NCBI GenBank assembly: GCA_964016885.1
Contig: OZ024740.1
Location: 422,344,001 to 422,408,000, forward strand
Length of the DNA: 64,000 nucleotides
Origin: Eledone cirrhosa
Lineage: Eukaryota
Direction: 5' to 3'
The translations under genes and the position numbers were made by a program. Positions 30,001-45,000 of the stretch are shown in pieces. Every line of letters starts with the position of its first letter. Within the stretch, counting starts at the first letter, position 1. Below the pieces are notes generated by a model, which did no database searches, was not told where the DNA came from, and saw nothing but the letters and a program-made list of their open reading frames with translations.

Positions 30001-33000
30001 CCAATGTAGACTTTAGCAGACTGTTTTGGACTCCTCTGAGTCTCTAACAAATATTGTCCACCATTCTCTCCACTGTGGACATTAGCAGACCGTCTTGGAT
30101 TCCTCTGAGACTCTAAAAAATATTGCCCACCATTCTGTCCACTGTGGACTTTAGCAGACTGTCTTGGATTCTTCTGAGTCTCTAACAAATATTGTCCACC
30201 ATACTCTCCACTGTGGACTTTAGCAGACTGTCTTGGACTCTTCTGAGTCTCTAACAAATATTGTCTACCATTCTCTCCACTGTGGACTTTAGCAGACTGT
30301 CTTGGACTTCTCTGAGTCTCTAACAAATATTGTCCACCATTCTCTCCACTGTGGACTTTAGTAGACTGTCTTGGACTTCTCTGAGTCTCTAACAAATATT
30401 GTCCACCATTCTCTCCACTGTGGACTTTAGTAGACTGTCTTGGACTTCTCTGAGTCTCTAACAAATATTGTCTATCATTCTCTCCACTGTAGATTTTAGC
30501 AGACTGTCTTGGACTCCTCTGAGTCTCTAACAAATATTGTCTACCATTCTCTCCACTGTGGACTTTAGCAGACTGTCTTGGACTCCTCTGAGTCTCTAAC
30601 AAATATTGTCCACCATTCTCTCCACTGTGGACTTTAGCAGACTGTCTTGGACTCCTCTGAGTCTCTAACATATATTGTCCACCATTCCCTCCACTGTGGA
30701 CTTTAGCAGACTGTCTTGGACTCCTCTGAGTCTCTAACAAATATTGTCCACCATTCTCTCCACTGTGGACTTTAGCAGACTATCTTGGACTCCTCTGAGT
30801 CTCTAACAAATATTGTCCACCATTCTCTCCACTGTGGACTTTAGCAGACTGTCTTGGACTCCTCTGAGTCCCTAACAAATATTGTCCACCATTCTCTCCA
30901 CTATGGACTTTAGCAGACTGTCTTGGATTCCTCTGAGTCTCTAACAAATATTGTCTACCATTCTCTCCGCTGTAGATTTTAGCAGACTGTCTTGGATTCC
31001 TCTGAGTCTCTAACAAATATTGTCCACCATTCTGTCCACTGTGGACTTTAGCAGACTGTCTTGGATTCCTCTGAGTCTCTAACAAATATTGTCCACCATT
31101 CTCTCCACTGTGGACTTTAGTAGACTGTCTTGGACTTCTCTGAGTCTCTAACAAATATTGTCCACCATTCTCTCCACTGTGGACTTTAGCAGACTGTCTT
31201 GAACTTCTCTGAGTCTCTAACAAATATTGTCCACATTCTCTCCACTGTGGACTTTAGCAGACTGTCTTGGACTCCTCTGAGTCTCTAACAAATATTGTCC
31301 ACCATTCTCTCCACTGTGGACTTTAGCAGACTGTCTTGGACTCCTCTGAGTCTCTAACAAATATTGTCTACCATTCTCTCCACTGTGGACTTTAGCAGAC
31401 TGTCTTGGACTCCTCTGAGTCTCTAACAAATATTGTCTACCATTCTCTCCACTGTGGACTTTAGCAGACTGTCTTGGACTCCTCTGAGTCTCTAACAAAT
31501 ATTGTCTACCATTCTCTCCACTGTGAATTTTAACAGACTGTCTTGGACTTCTCTGAGTCTCTAACAAATATTGTCTACCATTCTCTCCGCTGTAGATTTT
31601 AGCAGACTGTCTTGGATTCCTCTGAGTCTCTAACAAATATTGTCCTCCATTCTCTCCACTGTGGACTTTAGCAGACTGTCTTGGATTCCTCTGAGTCTCT
31701 AACAAATATTGTCCACCATTCTCTCCACTGTGGACTTTAGCAGACTGTCTTGGACTTCTCTGAGTCTCTAACAAATATTGTCCACCATTCTCTCCACTGT
31801 GGACTTTAGCAGACTGTCTTGAACTTCTCTGAGTCTCTAACAAATATTGTCCACATTCTCTCCACTGTGGACTTTAGCAGACTGTCTTGGACTCCTCTGA
31901 GTCTCTAACAAATATTGTCTACCATTCTCTCCACTGTGGACTTTAGCAGACTGTCTTGGATTCCTCTGAGTCTCTAACAAATAATGTCCACCATTCTCTC
32001 CACTGTGGAGTTTAGCAGACTGTCTTGGATTCCTCTGAGTCTCTAACAAATATTGTCCACCATTCTCTCCACTGTAGATTTTAGCAGACTGTCTTGGACT
32101 CCTCTGAGTCTCTAACATATATTGTCTACCATTCTCTCCAATGTAGACTTTAGCAGACTGTTTTGGACTACTCTGAGTCTCTAACAAATATTGTCTACCA
32201 TTCTCTCCACTGTAGATTTTAGCAGACTGTCTTGGACTCCTCTGAGTCTCTAACATATATTGTCTACCATTCTCTCCAATGTAGACTTTAGCAGACTGTT
32301 TTGGACTTCTCTGAGTCTCTAACAAATATTGTCCACCATTCTCTCCACTGTGGACATTAGCAGACCGTCTTGGATTCCTCTGAGACTCTAAAAAATATTG
32401 CCCACCATTCTGTCCACTGTGGACTTTAGCAGACTGTCTTGGATTCTTCTGAGTCTCTAACAAATATTGTCCACCATACTCTCCACTGTGGACTTTAGCA
32501 GACTGTCTTGGACTCTTCTGAGTCTCTAACAAATATTGTCTACCATTCTCTCCACTGTGGACTTTAGCAGACTGTCTTGGACTTCTCTGAGTCTCTAACA
32601 AATATTGTCCACCATTCTCTCCACTGTGGACTTTAGTAGACTGTCTTGGACTTCTCTGAGTCTCTAACAAATATTGTCCACCATTCTCTCCACTGTGGAC
32701 TTTAGTAGACTGTCTTGGACTTCTCTGAGTCTCTAACAAATATTGTCTATCATTCTCTCCACTGTAGATTTTAGCAGACTGTCTTGGACTCCTCTGAGTC
32801 TCTAACAAATATTGTCTACCATTCTCTCCACTGTGGACTTTAGCAGACTGTCTTGGACTCCTCTGAGTCTCTAACAAATATTGTCCACCATTCTCTCCAC
32901 TGTGGACTTTAGCAGACTGTCTTGGACTCCTCTGAGTCTCTAACATATATTGTCCACCATTCCCTCCACTGTGGACTTTAGCAGACTGTCTTGGACTCCT

Positions 33001-36000
33001 CTGAGTCTCTAACAAATATTGTCCACCATTCTCTCCACTGTGGACTTTAGCAGACTATCTTGGACTCCTCTGAGTCTCTAACAAATATTGTCCACCATTC
33101 TCTCCACTGTGGACTTTAGCAGACTGTCTTGGACTCCTCTGAGTCCCTAACAAATATTGTCCACCATTCTCTCCACTATGGACTTTAGCAGACTGTCTTG
33201 GATTCCTCTGAGTCTCTAACAAATATTGTCTACCATTCTCTCCGCTGTAGATTTTAGCAGACTGTCTTGGATTCCTCTGAGTCTCTAACAAATATTGTCC
33301 ACCATTCTGTCCACTGTGGACTTTAGCAGACTGTCTTGGATTCCTCTGAGTCTCTAACAAATATTGTCCACCATTCTCTCCACTGTGGACTTTAGTAGAC
33401 TGTCTTGGACTTCTCTGAGTCTCTAACAAATATTGTCCACCATTCTCTCCACTGTGGACTTTAGCAGACTGTCTTGAACTTCTCTGAGTCTCTAACAAAT
33501 ATTGTCCACATTCTCTCCACTGTGGACTTTAGCAGACTGTCTTGGACTCCTCTGAGTCTCTAACAAATATTGTCCACCATTCTCTCCACTGTGGACTTTA
33601 GCAGACTGTCTTGGACTCCTCTGAGTCTCTAACAAATATTGTCTACCATTCTCTCCACTGTGGACTTTAGCAGACTGTCTTGGACTCCTCTGAGTCTCTA
33701 ACAAATATTGTCTACCATTCTCTCCACTGTGGACTTTAGCAGACTGTCTTGGACTCCTCTGAGTCTCTAACAAATATTGTCTACCATTCTCTCCACTGTG
33801 AATTTTAACAGACTGTCTTGGACTTCTCTGAGTCTCTAACAAATATTGTCTACCATTCTCTCCGCTGTAGATTTTAGCAGACTGTCTTGGATTCCTCTGA
33901 GTCTCTAACAAATATTGTCCTCCATTCTCTCCACTGTGGACTTTAGCAGACTGTCTTGGATTCCTCTGAGTCTCTAACAAATATTGTCCACCATTCTCTC
34001 CACTGTGGACTTTAGCAGACTGTCTTGGACTTCTCTGAGTCTCTAACAAATATTGTCCACCATTCTCTCCACTGTGGACTTTAGCAGACTGTCTTGAACT
34101 TCTCTGAGTCTCTAACAAATATTGTCCACATTCTCTCCACTGTGGACTTTAGCAGACTGTCTTGGACTCCTCTGAGTCTCTAACAAATATTGTCTACCAT
34201 TCTCTCCACTGTGGACTTTAGCAGACTGTCTTGGATTCCTCTGAGTCTCTAACAAATAATGTCCACCATTCTCTCCACTGTGGAGTTTAGCAGACTGTCT
34301 TGGATTCCTCTGAGTCTCTAACAAATATTGTCCACCATTCTCTCCACTGTAGATTTTAGCAGACTGTCTTGGACTCCTCTGAGTCTCTAACATATATTGT
34401 CTACCATTCTCTCCAATGTAGACTTTAGCAGACTGTTTTGGACTACTCTGAGTCTCTAACAAATATTGTCTACCATTCTCTCCACTGTAGATTTTAGCAG
34501 ACTGTCTTGGACTCCTCTGAGTCTCTAACATATATTGTCTACCATTCTCTCCAATGTAGACTTTAGCAGACTGTTTTGGACTCCTCTGAGTCTCTAACAA
34601 ATATTGTCCACCATTCTCTCCACTGTGGACATTAGCAGACCGTCTTGGATTCCTCTGAGACTCTAAAAAATATTGCCCACCATTCTGTCCACTGTGGACT
34701 TTAGCAGACTGTCTTGGATTCTTCTGAGTCTCTAACAAATATTGTCTACCATTCTCTCCACTGTGGACTTTAGCAGACTGTCTTGGACTTCTCTGAGTCT
34801 CTAACAAATATTGTCCACCATTCTCTCCACTGTGGACTTTAGTAGACTGTCTTGGACTTCTCTGAGTCTCTAACAAATATTGTCCACCATTCTCTCCACT
34901 GTGGACTTTAGTAGACTGTCTTGGACTTCTCTGAGTCTCTAACAAATATTGTCTATCATTCTCTCCACTGTAGATTTTAGCAGACTGTCTTGGACTCCTC
35001 TGAGTCTCTAACAAATATTGTCTACCATTCTCTCCACTGTGGACTTTAGCAGACTGTCTTGGACTCCTCTGAGTCTCTAACAAATATTGTCCACCATTCT
35101 CTCCACTGTGGACTTTAGCAGACTGTCTTGGACTCCTCTGAGTCTCTAACATATATTGTCCACCATTCCCTCCACTGTGGACTTTAGCAGACTGTCTTGG
35201 ACTCCTCTGAGTCTCTAACAAATATTGTCCACCATTCTCTCCACTGTGGACTTTAGCAGACTATCTTGGACTCCTCTGAGTCTCTAACAAATATTGTCCA
35301 CCATTCTCTCCACTGTGGACTTTAGCAGACTGTCTTGGACTCCTCTGAGTCCCTAACAAATATTGTCCACCATTCTCTCCACTATGGACTTTAGCAGACT
35401 GTCTTGGATTCCTCTGAGTCTCTAACAAATATTGTCTACCATTCTCTCCGCTGTAGATTTTAGCAGACTGTCTTGGATTCCTCTGAGTCTCTAACAAATA
35501 TTGTCCACCATTCTGTCCACTGTGGACTTTAGCAGACTGTCTTGGATTCCTCTGAGTCTCTAACAAATATTGTCCACCATTCTCTCCACTGTGGACTTTA
35601 GTAGACTGTCTTGGACTTCTCTGAGTCTCTAACAAATATTGTCCACCATTCTCTCCACTGTGGACTTTAGCAGACTGTCTTGAACTTCTCTGAGTCTCTA
35701 ACAAATATTGTCCACATTCTCTCCACTGTGGACTTTAGCAGACTGTCTTGGACTCCTCTGAGTCTCTAACAAATATTGTCCACCATTCTCTCCACTGTGG
35801 AATTTAGCAGACTGTCTTGGACTCCTCTGAGTCTCTAACAAATATTGTCTACCATTCTCTCCACTGTGGACTTTAGCAGACTGTCTTGGACTCCTCTGAG
35901 TCTCTAACAAATATTGTCTACCATTCTCTCCACTGTGGACTTTAGCAGACTGTCTTGGACTCCTCTGAGTCTCTAACAAATATTGTCTACCATTCTCTCC

Positions 36001-39000
36001 ACTGTGAATTTTAACAGACTGTCTTGGACTTCTCTGAGTCTCTAACAAATATTGTCTACCATTCTCTCCGCTGTAGATTTTAGCAGACTGTCTTGGATTC
36101 CTCTGAGTCTCTAACAAATATTGTCCACCATTCTCTCCACTGTGGACTTTAGCAGACTGTCTTGGACTCCTCTGAGTCTCTAACAAATATTGTCCACCAT
36201 TCTCTCCACTGTGGACTTTAGCAGACTGTCTTGGACTCCTCTGAGTCCCTAACAAATATTGTCCACCATTCTCTCCACTATGGACTTTAGCAGACTGTCT
36301 TGGATTCCTCTGAGTCTCTAACAAATATTGTCTACCATTCTCTCCGCTGTAGATTTTAGCAGACTGTCTTGGATTCCTCTGAGTCTCTAACAAATATTGT
36401 CCACCATTCTGTCCACTGTGGACTTTAGCAGACTGTCTTGGATTCCTCTGAGTCTCTAACAAATATTGTCCACCATTCTCTCCACTGTGGACTTTAGTAG
36501 ACTGTCTTGGACTTCTCTGAGTCTCTAACAAATATTGTCCACCATTCTCTCCACTGTGGACTTTAGCAGACTGTCTTGAACTTCTCTGAGTCTCTAACAA
36601 ATATTGTCCACATTCTCTCCACTGTGGACTTTAGCAGACTGTCCTGGACTCCTCTGAGTCTCTAACAAATATTGTCCACCATTCTCTCCACTGTGGACTT
36701 TAGCAGACTGTCTTGGACTCCTCTGAGTCTCTAACAAATATTGTCTACCATTCTCTCCACTGTGGACTTTAGCAGACTGTCTTGGACTCCTCTGAGTCTC
36801 TAACAAATATTGTCTACCATTCTCTCCACTGTGGACTTTAGCAGACTGTCTTGGACTCCTCTGAGTCTCTAACAAATATTGTCTACCATTCTCTCCACTG
36901 TGAATTTTAACAGACTGTCTTGGACTTCTCTGAGTCTCTAACAAATATTGTCTACCATTCTCTCCGCTGTAGATTTTAGCAGACTGTCTTGGATTCCTCT
37001 GAGTCTCTAACAAATATTGTCCACCATTCTGTCCACTGTGGACTTTAGCAGACTGTCTTGGATTCCTCTGAGTCTCTAACAAATATTGTCCACCATTCTC
37101 TCCACTGTGGACTTTAGCAGACTGTCTTGGATTCCTCTGAGTCTCTAACAAATATTGTCCACCATTCTCTCCACTGTGGACTTTAGCAGACTGTCTTGGA
37201 CTTCTCTGAGTCTCTAACAAATATTGTCCACATTCTCTCCACTGTGGACTTTAGCAGACTGTCTTGGACTCCTCTGAGTCTCTAACAAATATTGTCTACC
37301 ATTCTCTCCACTGTGGACTTTAGCAGACTGTCTTGGATTCCTCTGAGTCTCTAACAAATAATGTCCACCATTCTCTCCACTGTGGAGTTTAGCAGACTGT
37401 CTTGGACTCCTCTGAGTCTCTAACAAATATTGTCCACCATTCTCTCCACTGTAGACTTTAGTAGACTGTCTTGGATTCCTCTGAGTCTCTAACATATATT
37501 GTCTACCATTCTCTCCAATGTAGACTTTAGCAGACTGTTTTGGACTCCTCTGAGTCTATAACAAATATTGTCTACCATTCTCTCCACTGTAGATTTTAGC
37601 AGACTGTCTTGGACTCCTCTGAGTCTCTAACATATATTGTCTACCATTCTCTCCACTGTAGATTTTAGCAGACTGTCTTGGACTCCTCTGAGTCTCTAAC
37701 ATATATTGTCCACCATTCCCTCCACTGTGGACTTTAGCAGACTGTCTTGGACTCCTCTGAGTCTCTAACAAATATTGTCCACCATTCTCTCCACTGTGGA
37801 CTTTAGCAGACTATCTTGGACTCCTCTGAGTCTCTAACAAATATTGTCCACCATTCTCTCCACTGTGGACTTTAGCAGACTGTCTTGGACTCCTCTGAGT
37901 CCGTAACAAATATTGTCCACCATTCTCTCCACTATGTACTTTAGCAGACTGTCTTGGATTCCTCTGAGTCTCTAACAAATATTGTCTACCATTCTCTCCG
38001 CTGTAGATTTTAGCAGACTGTCTTGGATTCCTCTGAGTCTCTAACAAATATTGTCCACCATTCTGTCCACTGTGGACTTTAGCAGACTGTCTTGGATTCC
38101 TCTGAGTCTCTAACAAATATTGTCCACCATTCTCTCCACTGTAGATTTTAGCAGACTGTCTTGGACTCCTCTGAGTCTCTAACATATATTGTCTACCATT
38201 CTCTCCAATGTAGACTTTAGCAGACTGTTTTGGACTACTCTGAGTCTCTAACAAATATTGTCTACCATTCTCTCCACTGTAGATTTTAGCAGACTGTCTT
38301 GGACTCCTCTGAGTCTCTAACATATATTGTCTACCATTCTCTCCAATGTAGACTTTAGCAGACTGTTTTGGACTCCTCTGAGTCTCTAACAAATATTGTC
38401 CACCATTCTCTCCACTGTGGACATTAGCAGACCGTCTTGGATTCCTCTGAGACTCTAAAAAATATTGCCCACCATTCTGTCCACTGTGGACTTTAGCAGA
38501 CTGTCTTGGATTCTTCTGAGTCTCTAACAAATATTGTCCACCATACTCTCCACTGTGGACTTTAGCAGACTGTCTTGGACTCTTCTGAGTCTCTAACAAA
38601 TATTGTCTACCATTCTCTCCACTGTGGACTTTAGCAGACTGTCTTGGACTTCTCTGAGTCTCTAACAAATATTGTCCACCATTCTCTCCACTGTGGACTT
38701 TAGTAGACTGTCTTGGACTTCTCTGAGTCTCTAACAAATATTGTCCACCATTCTCTCCACTGTGGACTTTAGTAGACTGTCTTGGACTTCTCTGAGTCTC
38801 TAACAAATATTGTCTATCATTCTCTCCACTGTAGATTTTAGCAGACTGTCTTGGACTCCTCTGAGTCTCTAACAAATATTGTCTACCATTCTCTCCACTG
38901 TGGACTTTAGCAGACTGTCTTGGACTCCTCTGAGTCTCTAACAAATATTGTCCACCATTCTCTCCACTGTGGACTTTAGCAGACTGTCTTGGACTCCTCT

Positions 39001-42000
39001 GAGTCTCTAACATATATTGTCCACCATTCCCTCCACTGTGGACTTTAGCAGACTGTCTTGGACTCCTCTGAGTCTCTAACAAATATTGTCCACCATTCTC
39101 TCCACTGTGGACTTTAGCAGACTATCTTGGACTCCTCTGAGTCTCTAACAAATATTGTCCACCATTCTCTCCACTGTGGACTTTAGCAGACTGTCTTGGA
39201 CTCCTCTGAGTCCCTAACAAATATTGTCCACCATTCTCTCCACTATGGACTTTAGCAGACTGTCTTGGATTCCTCTGAGTCTCTAACAAATATTGTCTAC
39301 CATTCTCTCCGCTGTAGATTTTAGCAGACTGTCTTGGATTCCTCTGAGTCTCTAACAAATATTGTCCACCATTCTGTCCACTGTGGACTTTAGCAGACTG
39401 TCTTGGATTCCTCTGAGTCTCTAACAAATATTGTCCACCATTCTCTCCACTGTGGACTTTAGTAGACTGTCTTGGACTTCTCTGAGTCTCTAACAAATAT
39501 TGTCCACCATTCTCTCCACTGTGGACTTTAGCAGACTGTCTTGAACTTCTCTGAGTCTCTAACAAATATTGTCCACATTCTCTCCACTGTGGACTTTAGC
39601 AGACTGTCTTGGACTCCTCTGAGTCTCTAACAAATATTGTCCACCATTCTCTCCACTGTGGACTTTAGCAGACTGTCTTGGACTCCTCTGAGTCTCTAAC
39701 AAATATTGTCTACCATTCTCTCCACTGTGGACTTTAGCAGACTGTCTTGGACTCCTCTGAGTCTCTAACAAATATTGTCTACCATTCTCTCCACTGTGGA
39801 CTTTAGCAGACTGTCTTGGACTCCTCTGAGTCTCTAACAAATATTGTCTACCATTCTCTCCACTGTGAATTTTAACAGACTGTCTTGGACTTCTCTGAGT
39901 CTCTAACAAATATTGTCTACCATTCTCTCCGCTGTAGATTTTAGCAGACTGTCTTGGATTCCTCTGAGTCTCTAACAAATATTGTCCACCATTCTCTCCA
40001 CTGTGGACTTTAGCAGACTGTCTTGGATTCCTCTGAGTCTCTAACAAATATTGTCCACCATTCTCTCCACTGTGGACTTTAGCAGACTGTCTTGGATTCC
40101 TCTGAGTCTCTAACAAATAATGTCCACCATTCTCTCCACTGTGGAGTTTAGCAGACTGTCTTGGACTCCTCTGAGTCTCTAACATATATTGTCCACCATT
40201 CTCTCAACTGTGGACTTTAGCAGACTGTCTTGGATTCCTCTGAGTCTCTAACAAATATTGTCTACCATTCTCTCCACTGTAGACTTTAGCAGATTGTCTT
40301 GGACTTCTCTGAGTCTCTAACAAATATTGTCCACCATTCTCTGCACTGTGGATTTTAGCAGACTGTCCTGGACTTCTCTGAGTCTCTAACAAATATTGTC
40401 CACCATTCTCTCCACTGTAGACTTTAGTAGACTGTCTTGGATTCCTCTGAGTCTCTAACATATATTGTCTACCATTCTCTCCAATGTAGACTTTAGCAGA
40501 CTGTTTTGGACTCCTCTGAGTCTATAACAAATATTGTCTACCATTCTCTCCACTGTAGATTTTAGCAGACTGTCTTGGACTCCTCTGAGTCTCTAACATA
40601 TATTGTCTACCATTCTCTCCACTGTAGATTTTAGCAGACTGTCTTGGACTCCTCTGAGTCTCTAACATATATTGTCCACCATTCCCTCCACTGTGGACTT
40701 TAGCAGACTGTCTTGGACTCCTCTGAGTCTCTAACAAATATTGTCTACCATTCTCTCCACTGTGGACTTTAGCAGACTGTCTTGGACTCCTCTGAGTCTC
40801 TAACAAATATTGTCTACCATTCTCTCCACTGTGGACTTTAGCAGACTGTCTTGGACTCCTCTGAGTCTCTAACAAATATTGTCTACCATTCTCTCCACTG
40901 TGAATTTTAACAGACTGTCTTGGACTTCTCTGAGTCTCTAACAAATATTGTCTACCATTCTCTCCGCTGTAGATTTTAGCAGACTGTCTTGGATTCCTCT
41001 GAGTCTCTAACAAATATTGTCCTCCATTCTCTCCACTGTGGACTTTAGCAGACTGTCTTGGATTCCTCTGAGTCTCTAACAAATATTGTCCACCATTCTC
41101 TCCACTGTGGACTTTAGCAGACTGTCTTGGACTTCTCTGAGTCTCTAACAAATATTGTCCACCATTCTCTCCACTGTGGACTTTAGCAGACTGTCTTGAA
41201 CTTCTCTGAGTCTCTAACAAATATTGTCCACATTCTCTCCACTGTGGACTTTAGCAGACTGTCTTGGACTCCTCTGAGTCTCTAACAAATATTGTCTACC
41301 ATTCTCTCCACTGTGGACTTTAGCAGACTGTCTTGGATTCCTCTGAGTCTCTAACAAATAATGTCCACCATTCTCTCCACTGTGGAGTTTAGCAGACTGT
41401 CTTGGATTCCTCTGAGTCTCTAACAAATATTGTCCACCATTCTCTCCACTGTAGATTTTAGCAGACTGTCTTGGACTCCTCTGAGTCTCTAACATATATT
41501 GTCTACCATTCTCTCCAATGTAGACTTTAGCAGACTGTTTTGGACTACTCTGAGTCTCTAACAAATATTGTCTACCATTCTCTCCACTGTAGATTTTAGC
41601 AGACTGTCTTGGACTCCTCTGAGTCTCTAACATATATTGTCTACCATTCTCTCCAATGTAGACTTTAGCAGACTGTTTTGGACTCCTCTGAGTCTCTAAC
41701 AAATATTGTCCACCATTCTCTCCACTGTGGACATTAGCAGACCGTCTTGGATTCCTCTGAGACTCTAAAAAATATTGCCCACCATTCTGTCCACTGTGGA
41801 CTTTAGCAGACTGTCTTGGATTCTTCTGAGTCTCTAACAAATATTGTCTACCATTCTCTCCACTGTGGACTTTAGCAGACTGTCTTGGACTTCTCTGAGT
41901 CTCTAACAAATATTGTCCACCATTCTCTCCACTGTGGACTTTAGTAGACTGTCTTGGACTTCTCTGAGTCTCTAACAAATATTGTCCACCATTCTCTCCA

Positions 42001-45000
42001 CTGTGGACTTTAGTAGACTGTCTTGGACTTCTCTGAGTCTCTAACAAATATTGTCTATCATTCTCTCCACTGTAGATTTTAGCAGACTGTCTTGGACTCC
42101 TCTGAGTCTCTAACAAATATTGTCTACCATTCTCTCCACTGTGGACTTTAGCAGACTGTCTTGGACTCCTCTGAGTCTCTAACAAATATTGTCCACCATT
42201 CTCTCCACTGTGGACTTTAGCAGACTGTCTTGGACTCCTCTGAGTCTCTAACATATATTGTCCACCATTCCCTCCACTGTGGACTTTAGCAGACTGTCTT
42301 GGACTCCTCTGAGTCTCTAACAAATATTGTCCACCATTCTCTCCACTGTGGACTTTAGCAGACTATCTTGGACTCCTCTGAGTCTCTAACAAATATTGTC
42401 CACCATTCTCTCCACTGTGGACTTTAGCAGACTGTCTTGGACTCCTCTGAGTCCCTAACAAATATTGTCCACCATTCTCTCCACTATGGACTTTAGCAGA
42501 CTGTCTTGGATTCCTCTGAGTCTCTAACAAATATTGTCTACCATTCTCTCCGCTGTAGATTTTAGCAGACTGTCTTGGATTCCTCTGAGTCTCTAACAAA
42601 TATTGTCCACCATTCTGTCCACTGTGGACTTTAGCAGACTGTCTTGGATTCCTCTGAGTCTCTAACAAATATTGTCCACCATTCTCTCCACTGTGGACTT
42701 TAGTAGACTGTCTTGGACTTCTCTGAGTCTCTAACAAATATTGTCCACCATTCTCTCCACTGTGGACTTTAGCAGACTGTCTTGAACTTCTCTGAGTCTC
42801 TAACAAATATTGTCCACATTCTCTCCACTGTGGACTTTAGCAGACTGTCTTGGACTCCTCTGAGTCTCTAACAAATATTGTCCACCATTCTCTCCACTGT
42901 GGAATTTAGCAGACTGTCTTGGACTCCTCTGAGTCTCTAACAAATATTGTCTACCATTCTCTCCACTGTGGACTTTAGCAGACTGTCTTGGACTCCTCTG
43001 AGTCTCTAACAAATATTGTCTACCATTCTCTCCACTGTGGACTTTAGCAGACTGTCTTGGACTCCTCTGAGTCTCTAACAAATATTGTCTACCATTCTCT
43101 CCACTGTGAATTTTAACAGACTGTCTTGGACTTCTCTGAGTCTCTAACAAATATTGTCTACCATTCTCTCCGCTGTAGATTTTAGCAGACTGTCTTGGAT
43201 TCCTCTGAGTCTCTAACAAATATTGTCCACCATTCTCTCCACTGTGGACTTTAGCAGACTGTCTTGGACTCCTCTGAGTCTCTAACAAATATTGTCCACC
43301 ATTCTCTCCACTGTGGACTTTAGCAGACTGTCTTGGACTCCTCTGAGTCCCTAACAAATATTGTCCACCATTCTCTCCACTATGGACTTTAGCAGACTGT
43401 CTTGGATTCCTCTGAGTCTCTAACAAATATTGTCTACCATTCTCTCCGCTGTAGATTTTAGCAGACTGTCTTGGATTCCTCTGAGTCTCTAACAAATATT
43501 GTCCACCATTCTGTCCACTGTGGACTTTAGCAGACTGTCTTGGATTCCTCTGAGTCTCTAACAAATATTGTCCACCATTCTCTCCACTGTGGACTTTAGT
43601 AGACTGTCTTGGACTTCTCTGAGTCTCTAACAAATATTGTCCACCATTCTCTCCACTGTGGACTTTAGCAGACTGTCTTGAACTTCTCTGAGTCTCTAAC
43701 AAATATTGTCCACATTCTCTCCACTGTGGACTTTAGCAGACTGTCCTGGACTCCTCTGAGTCTCTAACAAATATTGTCCACCATTCTCTCCACTGTGGAC
43801 TTTAGCAGACTGTCTTGGACTCCTCTGAGTCTCTAACAAATATTGTCTACCATTCTCTCCACTGTGGACTTTAGCAGACTGTCTTGGACTCCTCTGAGTC
43901 TCTAACAAATATTGTCTACCATTCTCTCCACTGTGGACTTTAGCAGACTGTCTTGGACTCCTCTGAGTCTCTAACAAATATTGTCTACCATTCTCTCCAC
44001 TGTGAATTTTAACAGACTGTCTTGGACTTCTCTGAGTCTCTAACAAATATTGTCTACCATTCTCTCCGCTGTAGATTTTAGCAGACTGTCTTGGATTCCT
44101 CTGAGTCTCTAACAAATATTGTCCACCATTCTGTCCACTGTGGACTTTAGCAGACTGTCTTGGATTCCTCTGAGTCTCTAACAAATATTGTCCACCATTC
44201 TCTCCACTGTGGACTTTAGCAGACTGTCTTGGATTCCTCTGAGTCTCTAACAAATATTGTCCACCATTCTCTCCACTGTGGACTTTAGCAGACTGTCTTG
44301 GACTTCTCTGAGTCTCTAACAAATATTGTCCACATTCTCTCCACTGTGGACTTTAGCAGACTGTCTTGGACTCCTCTGAGTCTCTAACAAATATTGTCTA
44401 CCATTCTCTCCACTGTGGACTTTAGCAGACTGTCTTGGATTCCTCTGAGTCTCTAACAAATAATGTCCACCATTCTCTCCACTGTGGAGTTTAGCAGACT
44501 GTCTTGGACTCCTCTGAGTCTCTAACATATATTGTCCACCATTCTCTCAACTGTGGACTTTAGCAGACTGTCTTGGATTCCTCTGAGTCTCTAACAAATA
44601 TTGTCTACCATTCTCTCCACTGTAGACTTTAGCAGATTGTCTTGGACTTCTCTGAGTCTCTAACAAATATTGTCCACCATTCTCTGCACTGTGGATTTTA
44701 GCAGACTGTCCTGGACTTCTCTGAGTCTCTAACAAATATTGTCCACCATTCTCTCCACTGTAGACTTTAGTAGACTGTCTTGGATTCCTCTGAGTCTCTA
44801 ACATATATTGTCTACCATTCTCTCCAATGTAGACTTTAGCAGACTGTTTTGGACTCCTCTGAGTCTATAACAAATATTGTCTACCATTCTCTCCACTGTA
44901 GATTTTAGCAGACTGTCTTGGACTCCTCTGAGTCTCTAACATATATTGTCTACCATTCTCTCCACTGTAGATTTTAGCAGACTGTCTTGGACTCCTCTGA